The translations under genes and the position numbers were made by a program. This document shows positions 19,347 through 30,824 of a stretch of DNA of 64,000 nucleotides, in pieces. The stretch is from Bacteroidetes bacterium MED-G17 (GTDB lineage Bacteria; Bacteroidota; Bacteroidia; NS11-12g; UBA9320). The stretch covers positions 18,497 to 82,496 of the forward strand of contig NTKK01000002.1 of assembly GCA_002457675.1 (NCBI GenBank). Direction: 5' to 3'. The notes below the pieces were generated by a model that searched no databases, had not been told where the DNA came from, and was given only the letters and a program-made list of their open reading frames with translations. How positions within the stretch are numbered: position 1 is the stretch's first letter; each line of letters starts with the position of its first letter.

Positions 19347-20114
19347 CTACATATCCAACTCAATGTAACTAGGGCAATGATCTGAGTGCATAGCTTTACT
19401 CAAAATTTTTGCACCTTTTATTTTTGCGTCCAAGGAATCACTTACAGATATATAGTCTATTCGCCAACCCTTATTGTTTTTTCGTGCATTGGCTCTATAA
19501 CTCCACCATGTATAGTGATTTTGCTCATCAGGATGAAAATGCCGAAAACTATCGATGTTGCCTGAGGAGAAATATTTATCCATCCACGCTCTTTCTTCTG
19601 GTAAAAAGCCACTTGAATTTTTATTGCCAATAGGGTTATGTATATCAATGGATTGGTGACATATATTAAAATCACCGCATACAATTAAATTGGGATGATC
19701 TTTTTTTAATGCAGTCTGGTATTCCATAAAAAAATCCAAAAAGTCATATTTGACTTGCTGCCGAAAATCTCCTGAAGAACCTGAAGGAAAATAAGCAGAT
19801 AGTACAGTGAAATTATCGAATTTCATCTGTAAAATTCTTCCCTCGCTATCAAAAAGGCTGTGTTTGCACTCATAAATAAGCTCTTTAGGTGTGCGTTTGG
19901 TCAAAATACCTACACCGCTATACCCTTTCTTTTCAGCTGATTTCCAGTAGCATGAATAACCTAAATGTTCAAATAAAGAATCGTCTATTTGATCTGGTTG
20001 TGCTTTGGTTTCTTGCAAGCACACTATATCAGGATTTTCCTCTTCCAAAAAACCGAGTAAGTTCTTTTTCAAAGCAGCCCTTATTCCATTTATGTTGTAG
20101 GTTAATATCTTCAT
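19347..20114 (-). CDS. xth: exodeoxyribonuclease III / AP endonuclease
   Basis: YNINGIRA, CLQETKA, GYSGV, GDFNICH, GWRIDY, SDHCP. Confidence 0.95.
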   Translation of the reverse strand: MKILTYNINGIRAALKKNLLGFLEEENPDIVCLQETKAQPDQIDDSLFEHLGYSCYWKSAEKKGYSGVGILTKRTPKELIYECKHSLFDSEGRILQMKFDNFTVLSAYFPSGSSGDFRQQVKYDFLDFFMEYQTALKKDHPNLIVCGDFNICHQSIDIHNPIGNKNSSGFLPEERAWMDKYFSSGNIDSFRHFHPDEQNHYTWWSYRANARKNNKGWRIDYISVSDSLDAKIKGAKILSKAMHSDHCPSYIELDM

Positions 20115-20117
20115 ATT

Positions 20118-22178
20118 TTAAAAACGTATGAGTTCCTCTAAAGCTTTTGTAAGCTTTTCTGCAGATGGGAGCATAATTTTTTCCTGACTTTTATTTAGCG
20201 GAACGGCCGGTAAGTCAAGTGACCCTAGCAATTTTATGGGTGCATCTAAGTAGGCAAAACAGTATTCTTGAATCCTACCCGCTATGGCTTGAGCAAATGA
20301 GTTGTTTAAAGTTTCTTCGGTGAGGATAAGTACTTTACCGTGTTTTTTACTAAGCTCAAATATTGCCTCGTCATCGCACGGACTTAAGGTTCTTAAATCC
20401 AAAATTTCAATTCGACCCAAAAATGATTTTGCTGCATGTAGTGCCCAGTGCACACCCATTCCGTAAGTAATTATCCCAATTGATTCTCCATTTTCTATCA
20501 TTTCTTTTGATGCAGAAAGAGCTATACGTGCTTTGCCCAGAGGAATTACGTAATCTTGATTTGGCTCTTTTGTTTTCGCATTTTCAGTTCCAGGTACTTT
20601 ACTCCAATAAAGTCCTTTATGTTCGAACATAACTACAGGATTTGGATCATAAAAAGCCGCTTTCATTAATCCTTTCATATCTGCAGCATTGCTTGGATAA
20701 CATATTTTGATTCCTTTAATAGGCAAAATACTAGACTCTACTGTTCCAGAGTGATAAGGTCCACCCCCACCGTAGGCACCGGTAGGAACCCGAATTAGCG
20801 CTTGCACAGGAAATTTGCCTTTTGATAAATAATTGGATTTTGATAATTCTGTTACAAGTTGATTAATCCCTGGCCACAGGTAGTCGGCAAATTGAATTTC
20901 AACAATGGGAAGCGCACCCGCAGCAGCCATTCCTGCCGTACTTCCTACAATATAAGCTTCTTGTATGGGCGTATTAAACACTCTATCTGTTCCATGCTTT
21001 TTTGCAAGTGTTGCGGCCTCACGAAAAACTCCTCCTAATCGTATGCCAACATCTTGACCATATAAGACAGCATTGGGGTGATTTGTCAAAATTTCATCTA
21101 TGGCATGAAGTGCCGCATCAACCATAATCACTTTATCAGAATTTGGAGGTGTCCTTAGACCTTTTTCCTCGAGTATTGGTGTTGGTGCTAGAACATGTTC
21201 GTATATGGAATTTGCTGTTGGTTCTTGTGCATTTTTGGCACGTTCAAAATCCTTATTGATTTGTTTTCCAACCTCTTCAAAAACCAGTTCAATTTGTTCT
21301 TTTGTGAAATCTGCTTTTTCTAATTCTTCAATGAAAATGGGCAAGGGGTCATTTTTTTGATGCTTATCCAAATCATCTCTATACCATTCGCTTCTCACCC
21401 CTGAAGTATGATGACCTAAAAGGGGAACTTTAACGTGCAAAAGGGCAGGCAGCCTATCTTTCCGACACTTTTTTACCCAATGTTGTATTTTGTTATAACA
21501 TGTTGAAAAGGATCTTCCATCGAAACTGTCTCTTTCTAGTCCCTTAAAACCGGCTGCGTATTCATAGGCATTCATTGTTCGCATTTCGTCTCCGCTTGCA
21601 GAGATGCCCCAATCATTGTCTTGTACCAAAAAAATGATGGGTAAATTATGTAATACGGACATTTGAAGTGCTTCTGAAACCTCCCCTTCTGTAACCGATC
21701 CATCACCTAAAGAGCAGACTACAACAGATTTTTTATTGTTTTGAAGTAGTTTTCGATTCTCTAAAAACTTTAGTCCGTGAGCCAATCCTGTGGTAGGTAT
21801 GGCTTGCATGCCTGTAGCACTACTTTGGTGAATTATTTTGGGTTTGTCTTCATCAAGTGAGGAAGGATGTGCATAATATGTCCGACCACCCGAAAAGGGA
21901 TCATCTTTTTTGGCCAATAGTTGAAGCATTAGCTCATATGGGGAGTACCCCAAACCCAAAAGCAAAGAATCATCTCGATAATAGGGAGAAACCCAGTCTT
22001 GCGTTTCTAAACTAAAGGCAAGAGCCAATTGAATCGCTTCATGACCTTTTGAAGTGGAATGAACGTAGGTAGCAATGTCTCTATTTTCGTCATAAATTTT
22101 GGAAAGATGCCTTGCTTGTGCAAAACACTTTAGCGCCTTTTGAAAGGTTATGTTAGAGATTTTTTTGCTACTTGACAC
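20118..22178 (-). CDS. fused alpha/beta E1 component of a 2-oxoacid (probably branched-chain) dehydrogenase
   Basis: TPP motif GDGSVTEGE..QDN, GQDVG..GGVFR, EIQFADY, FEHKGLY. Confidence 0.9.
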   Translation of the reverse strand: MSSSKKISNITFQKALKCFAQARHLSKIYDENRDIATYVHSTSKGHEAIQLALAFSLETQDWVSPYYRDDSLLLGLGYSPYELMLQLLAKKDDPFSGGRTYYAHPSSLDEDKPKIIHQSSATGMQAIPTTGLAHGLKFLENRKLLQNNKKSVVVCSLGDGSVTEGEVSEALQMSVLHNLPIIFLVQDNDWGISASGDEMRTMNAYEYAAGFKGLERDSFDGRSFSTCYNKIQHWVKKCRKDRLPALLHVKVPLLGHHTSGVRSEWYRDDLDKHQKNDPLPIFIEELEKADFTKEQIELVFEEVGKQINKDFERAKNAQEPTANSIYEHVLAPTPILEEKGLRTPPNSDKVIMVDAALHAIDEILTNHPNAVLYGQDVGIRLGGVFREAATLAKKHGTDRVFNTPIQEAYIVGSTAGMAAAGALPIVEIQFADYLWPGINQLVTELSKSNYLSKGKFPVQALIRVPTGAYGGGGPYHSGTVESSILPIKGIKICYPSNAADMKGLMKAAFYDPNPVVMFEHKGLYWSKVPGTENAKTKEPNQDYVIPLGKARIALSASKEMIENGESIGIITYGMGVHWALHAAKSFLGRIEILDLRTLSPCDDEAIFELSKKHGKVLILTEETLNNSFAQAIAGRIQEYCFAYLDAPIKLLGSLDLPAVPLNKSQEKIMLPSAEKLTKALEELIRF

Positions 22179-22185
22179 GCTTTGT

Positions 22186-24030
22186 TTATTCCACTGTTAC
22201 ACTTTTGGCCAAATTTCTCGGCTGATCAACATTGCACCCACGGAGGACAGCAATATAATAGGAAATTAGTTGTAAGGGAATAATTGACAATAATGGCACA
22301 AGCGCGTCCTCAACATCTGGTATTTCTATTGCAAAATCTGCAAGCGCTTTTACCTCATTATCACCTTTTGACACGATGGCTATTACCACACCATTTCTAG
22401 CTTTAATTTCTTGTATGTTACTAACTATTTTTTCATAATGCCCTCGTTTGGTTGCAATTACTATAATGGGCATATTTTCATCAATTAGTGCAATGGGTCC
22501 ATGTTTCATTTCCGCGGCAGGATAGCCCTCTGCATGGATATACGAAATTTCTTTTAGCTTAAGTGCTCCTTCTAATGCGATTGGAAAATTGTAGCCACGT
22601 CCTAAATATAAAAAATTACTGGCTTCATGATATTTTTCTGAAATTTCCCTGCACAAGTTATCGCATTCCTTAAGCAATGATTCTACTTGCTTAGGAATAA
22701 CTTCTAATCCGCTTAGCATTTCACGAAGTTTTTGGGTGCCAATTGCACCTCTAATTTGCGCCAAACCTAAAGAGAGTAAAGTTAGCACGGAAACTTGTGC
22801 AGTAAAAGCCTTTGTTGAAGCAACGCCAATTTCTGGGCCTGCATGGGTGTATGCGCCTGCGTCTGTAAGTCTGGCTATGGAAGACCCTACTACATTGCAA
22901 ATACCATAAATAGTTGCGCCTTTACTTTTGGCTAATTCTAGTGCGGCCAGCGTATCTGCAGTTTCCCCAGATTGTGATATAGCAATAACCAAATCATCTT
23001 CAGTAATTATTGGATTTCTGTATCTAAATTCTGAGGCGTATTCAACTTCGACTGGTAGTCTTGCAAAATCTTCAATTAGGTATTCTCCTATCAGACCTGA
23101 ATGCCATGAAGTCCCACAAGCGACAATGATAATTCTTTTTAAATTTTTTATTTTATCTTCATATTCAATTAAACTGCTCATGGCAAACCTCAACTCAGTT
23201 GGGCTAAATCTGCCACGTAGGCTATTGCTAATACTCGTTGGTTGTTCAAATATTTCTTTAAGCATGAAATGCTCATATCCACCCTTTTCTATAGCTTCCA
23301 AGCTAATAGACAGTTCTTGGATAAAAGGTGTCTTTTCTACATTCTCAAGTGTTTTTATTGATAGCTCACCCTTTTCAATAATCACAATTTCTTCATCTTC
23401 AAGATAGCTTACTTGTCTTGTGTATTCTATGATCGGTGTGGCATCTGAAGCTATGAAATACTCGCCCTTATTTTGGCCTATTCCAACAACAAGAGGACTG
23501 CCTTTTTTTGCGCCTATTAATATGTTCGGGTTTTTTTGATCAATCAAAACGATAGCATAAGCACCAATTACCTCATTCAGTGCCAGTCGGACGGCTTCAT
23601 AAAGTTCTACACCGTTTTTCTCTTGTATTTCTTCTATCAGTTGCAGCAAGACTTCGGTATCTGTATCACTTGCGAAAGTTCTTCCTCTATTTTCCAATGC
23701 TTTTTTTATGGTCGCATAATTTTCAATGATTCCATTGTGAATCATTGCCAAACTGCCTGATTGACTAATATGTGGATGTGCGTTAGCATAGTTTGGAGCG
23801 CCGTGGGTTGCCCATCTTGTGTGACCTATACCTAGACTTCCCTGAATATTTTGATCTTGCACAACATGGACTAAGTCTTTAACTTTTCCTTGTGTTTTGT
23901 ATACTTTTAGCTCTTCGTCTAATAAAGCCACTCCAGCGCTATCGTATCCTCTGTATTCCAGCCTCTCGAGTCCTTTGATTAGGTAATCAAAAGCATTTTT
24001 ATTCCCAATATATCCTACAATTCCACACAT
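22186..24030 (-). CDS. glmS: glutamine--fructose-6-phosphate transaminase
   Basis: MCGIVGY, GHTRWATHG, SQSGETADT, PRNLAKSVTVE. Confidence 0.98.
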   Translation of the reverse strand: MCGIVGYIGNKNAFDYLIKGLERLEYRGYDSAGVALLDEELKVYKTQGKVKDLVHVVQDQNIQGSLGIGHTRWATHGAPNYANAHPHISQSGSLAMIHNGIIENYATIKKALENRGRTFASDTDTEVLLQLIEEIQEKNGVELYEAVRLALNEVIGAYAIVLIDQKNPNILIGAKKGSPLVVGIGQNKGEYFIASDATPIIEYTRQVSYLEDEEIVIIEKGELSIKTLENVEKTPFIQELSISLEAIEKGGYEHFMLKEIFEQPTSISNSLRGRFSPTELRFAMSSLIEYEDKIKNLKRIIIVACGTSWHSGLIGEYLIEDFARLPVEVEYASEFRYRNPIITEDDLVIAISQSGETADTLAALELAKSKGATIYGICNVVGSSIARLTDAGAYTHAGPEIGVASTKAFTAQVSVLTLLSLGLAQIRGAIGTQKLREMLSGLEVIPKQVESLLKECDNLCREISEKYHEASNFLYLGRGYNFPIALEGALKLKEISYIHAEGYPAAEMKHGPIALIDENMPIIVIATKRGHYEKIVSNIQEIKARNGVVIAIVSKGDNEVKALADFAIEIPDVEDALVPLLSIIPLQLISYYIAVLRGCNVDQPRNLAKSVTVE

Positions 24031-24033
24031 GTT

Positions 24034-25287
24034 TTAGAGATTAAATTTTTCCTTTATTGTATCGACAAAATTCAATTTTTCCCACGGAAATAACTCTACT
24101 TCTAACGATTTTTTTTCTCCATTAGAATCAATAAACGTTTTCAATTTTATTTCTGGTGTTCTACCCATATGTCCATATGCAGCAGTTTCCGAATAAATTG
24201 GTGTTCTAAGTTTTAGTCTAGTTTCTATTGCTACTGGACGCATGTCAAAAATTTCCAAAAGCTTTCGAGCTATTTCTCCTTCTGAAAGTTGGGTTCTGTT
24301 CGAGCCATAAGTATTAACATACAATCCAGTAGGTTGAGCAACGCCAATTGCATATGATACTTGAACCAAAATTTCATCGGCCAATCCTGCTGCAACTGCA
24401 TTTTTGGCGATGTGTCTTGTGGCATATGCTGCTGATCTGTCTACCTTACTCGGATCTTTACCCGAAAAGGCTCCGCCGCCATGGGCTCCTTTTCCTCCAT
24501 AGGTATCCACTATTATTTTTCTTCCTGTGAGTCCTGTATCTCCATGTGGACCACCAATGACAAACTTGCCCGTTGGATTGATATGGTACGTAACGTCTTT
24601 GCCAAATAAGTTCTGCACTTCAGGTTGATATTTTTCAATCACTTTGGGCATAAGAATGTTGACTAGGTCCGAACTGATTTGATGGTGCATTTTTTCATCG
24701 GAATCAAATTCATCATGTTGGGTGGATATAACGATTGAATCAATTCGCTCCGGTTTATGATTATCAGAGTATTGTATGGTGACTTGTGACTTAGCGTCTG
24801 GTCTAAGGTATTCAAATTCTTTTGTTTCTTTTCTTATTTTGGCAAGTTCAACAAGTATTTTGTGTGCGATTGATAACGCAAGTGGCATAAATTCTTCGGT
24901 TTCTTTTGATGCATAGCCAAACATCATTCCTTGATCACCTGCACCCTGATCTTCTTCATCTTTTCTTTCAACACCTCTATTTATATCTGCACTTTGACTA
25001 TGAATTGCAGACATTATTCCACAACTATTGCCATCAAATTGATAAGCGCTCTTTGTATAACCAATGTTATTAATTACACTGCGTGTAATATCTTGAACGT
25101 CTAAGTATGTATTGGATTTTACTTCGCCTGCCACAATTACCTGCCCCGTAGTTACCAAAGTCTCACACGCTACTTTGCTTTTGGGATCAAAGGCTAAAAA
25201 ATTATCTACCAAAGCATCGCTAATTTGGTCCGCAATTTTATCTGGATGACCTTCTGATACCGATTCTGAAGTGAAGAAATAAGACAT
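24034..25287 (-). CDS. metK: methionine adenosyltransferase
   Basis: [35 protein letters not shown]. Confidence 0.98.
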   Translation of the reverse strand: MSYFFTSESVSEGHPDKIADQISDALVDNFLAFDPKSKVACETLVTTGQVIVAGEVKSNTYLDVQDITRSVINNIGYTKSAYQFDGNSCGIMSAIHSQSADINRGVERKDEEDQGAGDQGMMFGYASKETEEFMPLALSIAHKILVELAKIRKETKEFEYLRPDAKSQVTIQYSDNHKPERIDSIVISTQHDEFDSDEKMHHQISSDLVNILMPKVIEKYQPEVQNLFGKDVTYHINPTGKFVIGGPHGDTGLTGRKIIVDTYGGKGAHGGGAFSGKDPSKVDRSAAYATRHIAKNAVAAGLADEILVQVSYAIGVAQPTGLYVNTYGSNRTQLSEGEIARKLLEIFDMRPVAIETRLKLRTPIYSETAAYGHMGRTPEIKLKTFIDSNGEKKSLEVELFPWEKLNFVDTIKEKFNL

Positions 25288-25313
25288 GTTCGACAAATCT
25301 AATTTATTCTCGA

Positions 25314-26651
25314 TTACCCAAACAAATGTTCCATCAACTTGGGAATATTTTCAAATTCAAGATATTGTTGATTTTGTTTTCCGTTCGGAGATGGAGGAAG
25401 AAAAATATGCTCCGCACCATTTTTTATGGCCTCTTCCTTCCGTAGGTTTATTTTATTGCTTCCCCTAATTTCTCCTGTAAGACCTACCTCACCGATAAAA
25501 ATAGAAGTATGTGGCAAAGCTATTTCATAAAAAGAGCTTAACAGCGCAGCAATTACTGCCAGATCAACTGTCGGGTCTTCTAATTTTAGTCCGCCAGTAA
25601 TATTTAGAAAAATATCCTTGTTGCCCAATTGAAGATCACATTTTTTTTCGAGTACAGCAATAAGCATATTTAGTCGTCGCATATCAAAACCATTGGTATT
25701 TCTTTGAGACGTTCCGTATACAGCATTACCTACCAATGCCTGTATTTCAACCATTAATGGTCGAATACCTTCTATGGAAACTGATCTTGCCAGTCCAGGA
25801 TGGTTTTCATTTCGCTTTGTTAAAGTTAGCTGAGAAGAATCCTGCAGCGGGATAAGCCCTTTGTGAGTCATTTGGTAAATACCTAAAGCCATAGCCGAAC
25901 CAAATCGATTTTTTACTGCCCGAACCATTCGATAATCATGGTTACGGTTACCCTCAAAATATAAAACAACATCGACCAAATGTTCTAAAATTTTTGGTCC
26001 AGCAAGTTGTCCGTCTTTGGTGATGTGACCTATCAAAAAGATACATTTATTTGTTTTCTTGGCCAATTGCATTAACTCTTGCGAACAGAATCTAATTTGA
26101 TTAAGACTCCCAGGGGCAGAATCAATTCTGTTGGAATAAAGGGTTTGTATGGAATCTACCACAACCAAAGGATGATTGTTGTTTTTTAAGACGTCTAAAA
26201 TTTGCTCTAGATCTGTGGTGTTCAATAGCATTACATTTTTATTTAATTGTTTGTGTAGTCTTTGGGCTCTTTGCCTGACTTGATTTGGACTCTCTTCGCC
26301 CGTTACATAAATACTAGTCCATGGAGATTGAAGTAAGTTTTGTAACATTAAGGTTGACTTTCCTACACCTGGTTCGCCTCCCAAAAGTATAAGAGATCCA
26401 GGAACCAAACCGCCCCCAAGCACTTCATTAAATTCATCATCTACAAATTGTATTCTATTCTCTTTTTGCTCGTTAACTAAGGTAAGGGGAATTAAATCGC
26501 TATTTTTTTGTGAGCCTTTTGAAACGCTGGTTTTTACTTTTTGCTGTTCTTCAAACGAATTCCAAGCCTGACAGGCGCTACACTTTCCTAACCATTTAGA
26601 TGATTCAAAACCACAAGATTTGCATTTATAAATCCACTTGCTCTTTGCCAT
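25314..26651 (-). CDS. radA: DNA repair protein RadA/Sms
   Basis: C4 zinc finger, [15 protein letters not shown], Lon-like C-terminus. Confidence 0.97.
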   Translation of the reverse strand: MAKSKWIYKCKSCGFESSKWLGKCSACQAWNSFEEQQKVKTSVSKGSQKNSDLIPLTLVNEQKENRIQFVDDEFNEVLGGGLVPGSLILLGGEPGVGKSTLMLQNLLQSPWTSIYVTGEESPNQVRQRAQRLHKQLNKNVMLLNTTDLEQILDVLKNNNHPLVVVDSIQTLYSNRIDSAPGSLNQIRFCSQELMQLAKKTNKCIFLIGHITKDGQLAGPKILEHLVDVVLYFEGNRNHDYRMVRAVKNRFGSAMALGIYQMTHKGLIPLQDSSQLTLTKRNENHPGLARSVSIEGIRPLMVEIQALVGNAVYGTSQRNTNGFDMRRLNMLIAVLEKKCDLQLGNKDIFLNITGGLKLEDPTVDLAVIAALLSSFYEIALPHTSIFIGEVGLTGEIRGSNKINLRKEEAIKNGAEHIFLPPSPNGKQNQQYLEFENIPKLMEHLFG

Positions 26652-26757
26652 ACATTTTTATCGTCAAAATAAACCATAAAATTATTGATGGAAAATCAAG
26701 TTTCAATAATCTGTCATATTTCAAGTATTTTATTTGTGCGTGGCTTACAAAATTTTC

Positions 26758-26765
26758 TATTTTTG
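26758..26765 (+). promoter_or_regulatory. sigma-A -7 element TATTTTTG upstream of the exbB operon
   Basis: TAnnTTTG match about 40 nt before the ATG. Confidence 0.55.
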
Positions 26766-26803
26766 TTCGCGTTATATCAAAGAATCGCTAATCGATCAAA
26801 AAA

Positions 26804-27646
26804 ATGAAAAAACAAATTCTAATTTTCGCAATCTTATCTGGATTATTCCTTTTTGGCTCTACATCAGTCCTAATTGCAGAAGAAATTGAGAATGACACAG
26901 CAGAGACAGAACAAATAGACAGTTCGACTGTAGAAACAGCAGACTCTGGGGTTACAAACGAGAACCCAGAGGAAGCCAACGAAAAAGCACCTGTTGTAAA
27001 AAAACAAGGGAGGAAAGTAATCAAAGAAAAGTTTATCGAAGGGGGAGCAGGATTTATGGCTTTACCTCTAATTGCATTGATACTTGGACTAGCGATTGCG
27101 ATTGAAAGAATGTTGACATTGTGGTTGGGAAGTATCAATACAGTCAAATTCGTAGAAAGTATTGACGAAGCGACTGCAGACGGAAACGTTGAAAAAGCTT
27201 TAGAAATCAGTAGAAACACCAAAGGTCCTGTTGCTTCAATATTTTATCAAGGACTTGATAGAGCAAAAGAGGGTATTGATATGGTAGAAAAATCGGTAGT
27301 TAGCTATGGTTCTGTCCAAACGGGTAAATTAGAAAAGGGTTTGGTTTGGATTTCTTTGTGCATTGCTCTAGCACCTATGCTTGGTTTTTTAGGTACAGTA
27401 ATCGGTATGATTCAAGCGTTTGACGAGATTGAAAGAGTGGGAGATATTTCTCCAAGTGTTGTGGCAGGAGGTATTAAAGTGGCACTTTTAACCACTGTTG
27501 CTGGTTTGATTGTAGCTATTATCCTACAGATATTTTACAACTTAATTTTAAGTAAAGTTGACTCTGTTGTCAATGAAATGGAAGAAACCTCCGTTTCTTT
27601 AGTGGATATTCTATTGAAGAACAACGTAGTTAATACAGAAAAATAA
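26804..27646 (+). CDS. exbB: MotA/TolQ/ExbB proton channel protein
   Basis: FIEGGAGFM, APMLGFLGTVIGMI, GIKVALLTTVAGL. Confidence 0.9.
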   Translation: MKKQILIFAILSGLFLFGSTSVLIAEEIENDTAETEQIDSSTVETADSGVTNENPEEANEKAPVVKKQGRKVIKEKFIEGGAGFMALPLIALILGLAIAIERMLTLWLGSINTVKFVESIDEATADGNVEKALEISRNTKGPVASIFYQGLDRAKEGIDMVEKSVVSYGSVQTGKLEKGLVWISLCIALAPMLGFLGTVIGMIQAFDEIERVGDISPSVVAGGIKVALLTTVAGLIVAIILQIFYNLILSKVDSVVNEMEETSVSLVDILLKNNVVNTEK

Positions 27647-27651
27647 TCGAC

Positions 27652-28065
27652 ATGCAAAAGAATATTCGTTGGGCATATTACCTTGTTGTACTGTTGTTGG
27701 TTCTCATATCAGCTTTTGGCCTTTTTGGCAAAAACATCAATATGGGGGCCAATGTAGGGCTTAATCTTGCCTTCGGCCTTTTAGCTGTTGGTACTTTAGT
27801 AGCCATTGCAGGATTTGCCATCCAATTAAAGAATAATCCCCAAAATAGCCGAAAATCTTTAATGGGTATCGGCATTATTGTGATTTTGTGTGGCATTTGC
27901 TATGCTTTTGCGAGTAGTGAAGTTACTGAGCTTTATATCAACAATGGACTGGAAAGTGCCTCTGCGTCGAAAAGGGTAGGTGGTGGATTGTTACTCACTT
28001 ACATTTTGGGTTCTATTGCCATTGTAGTAAGCATCCTGTCTGGATTGATAAAGTCTATAAGATAA
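27652..28065 (+). CDS. 4-TM membrane protein of the exbB-exbD cluster
   Basis: Four hydrophobic segments; lies between exbB and exbD as usual in Bacteroidota. Confidence 0.8.
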   Translation: MQKNIRWAYYLVVLLLVLISAFGLFGKNINMGANVGLNLAFGLLAVGTLVAIAGFAIQLKNNPQNSRKSLMGIGIIVILCGICYAFASSEVTELYINNGLESASASKRVGGGLLLTYILGSIAIVVSILSGLIKSIR

Positions 28066-28074
28066 AAATTCAAA

Positions 28075-28623
28075 ATGGCCAGAAAACCAAGATCCGTACC
28101 AGAAATAAACGCCGGCTCAATGGCAGACATTGCCTTTTTATTGTTGGTATTTTTTTTGGTGACAACAACCATGGATATCCCTACGGGCTTGCAAGTAGGT
28201 TTGCCACCTATTCCTGATGGTCCACCACCTGAATCAAAACAAAGGCAAAAAAATGTTCTAGAAGTTCTAATTAATTCTAGAAACCAACTTTTAGTAGAGG
28301 GCGATTTAGCAGAGATTTCTCAATTGAATGAGATTACTAAGACCCATTTGTTAAATGAAGGAAGAGATCCTCGGTATGCAGAATCTTCCGAGGAAGCAAT
28401 TGTATCACTTAAAAACGACCGAGGTACTGACTTTGTAACTTATGTAGGTGTTTACAACGAAATAAAACGTGCTTACAATGAGGTCAGAGATGAATATTCC
28501 GAAGCCAAATTTGGAAAACCCTTCGCTAAATTGAAAAAGAAAAGTGTTCCCTACGACGAAGTAAAAAAGAAATACCCAATAAAAATTTCAGAAGCGGAAC
28601 CAGAAGATATGGGAGGAAACTAG
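28075..28623 (+). CDS. exbD: ExbD/TolR family protein
   Basis: EINAGSMADIAFLLLVFFLVTTTM. Confidence 0.92.
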   Translation: MARKPRSVPEINAGSMADIAFLLLVFFLVTTTMDIPTGLQVGLPPIPDGPPPESKQRQKNVLEVLINSRNQLLVEGDLAEISQLNEITKTHLLNEGRDPRYAESSEEAIVSLKNDRGTDFVTYVGVYNEIKRAYNEVRDEYSEAKFGKPFAKLKKKSVPYDEVKKKYPIKISEAEPEDMGGN

Positions 28624-28626
28624 ATT

Positions 28627-29100
28627 ATGTCTAAATTCAAAAAGAAAGAAAGCAGAGGTTCTCAAACCATAAATACATCTTCATTGCCTGATATCGTATT
28701 CATGTTGTTGTTTTTTTTCATGGTTGCTACCAAAATGAGAGACAATGAAATGAAAGTAAGAACATCTGTTCCTAAGGCCTCAGAAGTAGAAAAAATGGAG
28801 AAAAAATCTTGGGTAAATTTCATTTTTGTAGGCCCTCCGTTAAAAACAGAAGTTTATGGTGAGACCCCAAGAATACAACTAAATGACAAAATTTCCTCAG
28901 TTGACGATGTACAAGAATTTATAACTCTTGAAAGAGAAAAGGTAACTGAAGCTGAAATTCCATTTCTAACAACTGCCATCAAAGCAGACAAAGAGGTAAA
29001 AATGGGTATTGTTCAAGATATCAAACAAGAACTTAGAAAAATCAATGCACTCAAATTGAGTTATATTGCTTCAAAAGAAGAACGAGGTGCTGTTCAATAA
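28627..29100 (+). CDS. exbD: ExbD/TolR family protein (second copy)
   Basis: TSSLPDIVFMLLFFFMV, KAD..MGIVQDIKQELRK. Confidence 0.92.
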   Translation: MSKFKKKESRGSQTINTSSLPDIVFMLLFFFMVATKMRDNEMKVRTSVPKASEVEKMEKKSWVNFIFVGPPLKTEVYGETPRIQLNDKISSVDDVQEFITLEREKVTEAEIPFLTTAIKADKEVKMGIVQDIKQELRKINALKLSYIASKEERGAVQ

Positions 29101-29124
29101 AGCACCGGTTTCTTAAACCCGTAT

Positions 29125-30096
29125 ATGCCATCAAATTTTGATTCGGTAAAAAAATATCTCAAACCTCAACTACACGAGTTCGAAAAAAGATTCAGAGAAA
29201 GTATGCGCAGTCAAGTCCCTTTGCTTGACACCATCATGACTTATATTGTAAAGCGAAAAGGGAAACAGATAAGACCAATGTTTGTGCTGCTTTCTGCCGA
29301 CCTATTTGGTGAAATAAACGAAAAAACTTTCCGTGGCGCCTCATTGGTTGAACTTTTACATACAGCTACGCTAGTTCATGATGATGTAGTGGATGAGGCG
29401 AATTATCGACGCGGTTTTTTATCAATTAATGCCCTTTGGAAAAATAAAATTGCTGTTTTGGTTGGTGACTATTTACTCTCAAAAGGACTTCTTCTATCGC
29501 TAAAAAATGAAGAATTTGATTTTCTCAAGATATTGTCACACGCAGTAGAACAAATGAGCGAAGGCGAATTATTACAGCTAGAAAAAGCACGAAAAATTGA
29601 TACCTCAGAAGATATTTATTTTGAAATCATCCAGAAAAAAACTGCCTCTCTTTTGTCTTCTTCTTGCACCATTGGAGCCGCCAGCGTCATCCAAGATCAA
29701 GAAGTTCTTAAAAAAATGGCTGTTTTTGGAGAGAAAATCGGATTAGCTTTTCAAATTAAAGATGATCTTTTTGATTATGGTAAGCATAGTGTTGGTAAAC
29801 CACTTGCCAATGATTTAAAAGATAAAAAACTTACACTACCCTTACTTTATTCCCTTAGGGTAAGTTCATCTTCAACAAAAAAAGAAATTATTAAAATCAT
29901 AAAAAGCGGAAAAAGCAACAAAGACTTTAGTCGACTAATTGAAATAGTAAACCGAGAAGGTGGAATTCAATACGCTACAAATAAAATGAATCAATTCAGA
30001 GAAGAAGGACTTGAAATTCTCAACGCAATTCCACAAACAAAAAACACGAGTTACCTAGAAAGTCTCGTAAACTTTGTCGTGGAAAGAAAAAACTAG
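29125..30096 (+). CDS. polyprenyl diphosphate synthase (IspB-like)
   Basis: GKQIRP, LVHDDVVD..RRG, FQIKDDLFD. Confidence 0.93.
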   Translation: MPSNFDSVKKYLKPQLHEFEKRFRESMRSQVPLLDTIMTYIVKRKGKQIRPMFVLLSADLFGEINEKTFRGASLVELLHTATLVHDDVVDEANYRRGFLSINALWKNKIAVLVGDYLLSKGLLLSLKNEEFDFLKILSHAVEQMSEGELLQLEKARKIDTSEDIYFEIIQKKTASLLSSSCTIGAASVIQDQEVLKKMAVFGEKIGLAFQIKDDLFDYGKHSVGKPLANDLKDKKLTLPLLYSLRVSSSSTKKEIIKIIKSGKSNKDFSRLIEIVNREGGIQYATNKMNQFREEGLEILNAIPQTKNTSYLESLVNFVVERKN

Positions 30097-30824
30097 TTTA
30101 GCAAGTTGATGATGTTTTCTAAAAGTTCTTCTTTTTGACTAGGTTGGTAACCTTTTTGTGTGGCTACTAATTTGCCATTTTTATAAAACATAAGAAATGG
30201 AATTGACTGAATTTTATGATAATCTGTAATAAAACTTTCTTCATCTACATCAATGTTTACGACACGTAAACCCTGTTCTCTTTGATTCTCCTGTAAAGAA
30301 TCCAAAATAGGACTTAGCAGTTTACAAGGTCCACACCACTTGGCTTTAAAATCAAAAAGAACCAACCTTCCACTTTGGCTTAAATTCTCAAATTGCTGAA
30401 TATCAATGCTGCCTTTTTTTTGATCATTTTCTAATGGATAATTTTTTGCCGACCAAGCCATTATTCCACCATCTAAATCATATATCTCTTTAAAACCCAT
30501 TGCCAATAACTTTGTTGCTGCCACTCGACTTCTACCACCTGATTTACAATAAACCAAAGTGGGCTTACTTTTATCAAGTTGTTGAACTGATTGATTAAAA
30601 TTTGACGCATAAACGCTAATATTTTTTGCGCTTTTTAGGGAAGAGGATAAAAATTCCTGGCTTGTACGGACGTCCAATATTTGTATTTCTTTATGTTTAT
30701 TTATCAATTCTCTGGTCTGCTCAGGACTTCTCAACGAAATCCCTTCTTTTTGAGACAATCCTTTTTGACACGATGAAAAAAAGATGATATATAGGACAAA
30801 AAATAATTTAGTTACTCTTTTCAT
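30093..30824 (-). CDS. rhodanese + thioredoxin fusion lipoprotein
   Basis: Lipobox FSSC, LDVRT..EF, VYCKSGGRS, WCGPC. Confidence 0.87.
   Translation of the reverse strand: MKRVTKLFFVLYIIFFSSCQKGLSQKEGISLRSPEQTRELINKHKEIQILDVRTSQEFLSSSLKSAKNISVYASNFNQSVQQLDKSKPTLVYCKSGGRSRVAATKLLAMGFKEIYDLDGGIMAWSAKNYPLENDQKKGSIDIQQFENLSQSGRLVLFDFKAKWCGPCKLLSPILDSLQENQREQGLRVVNIDVDEESFITDYHKIQSIPFLMFYKNGKLVATQKGYQPSQKEELLENIINLLN

Noticed and set aside
24031-25313. glmS ribozyme or SAM riboswitch upstream of glmS/metK
   Set aside because: Spacers are only 3 nt (metK-glmS) and 26 nt (radA-metK), leaving no room.
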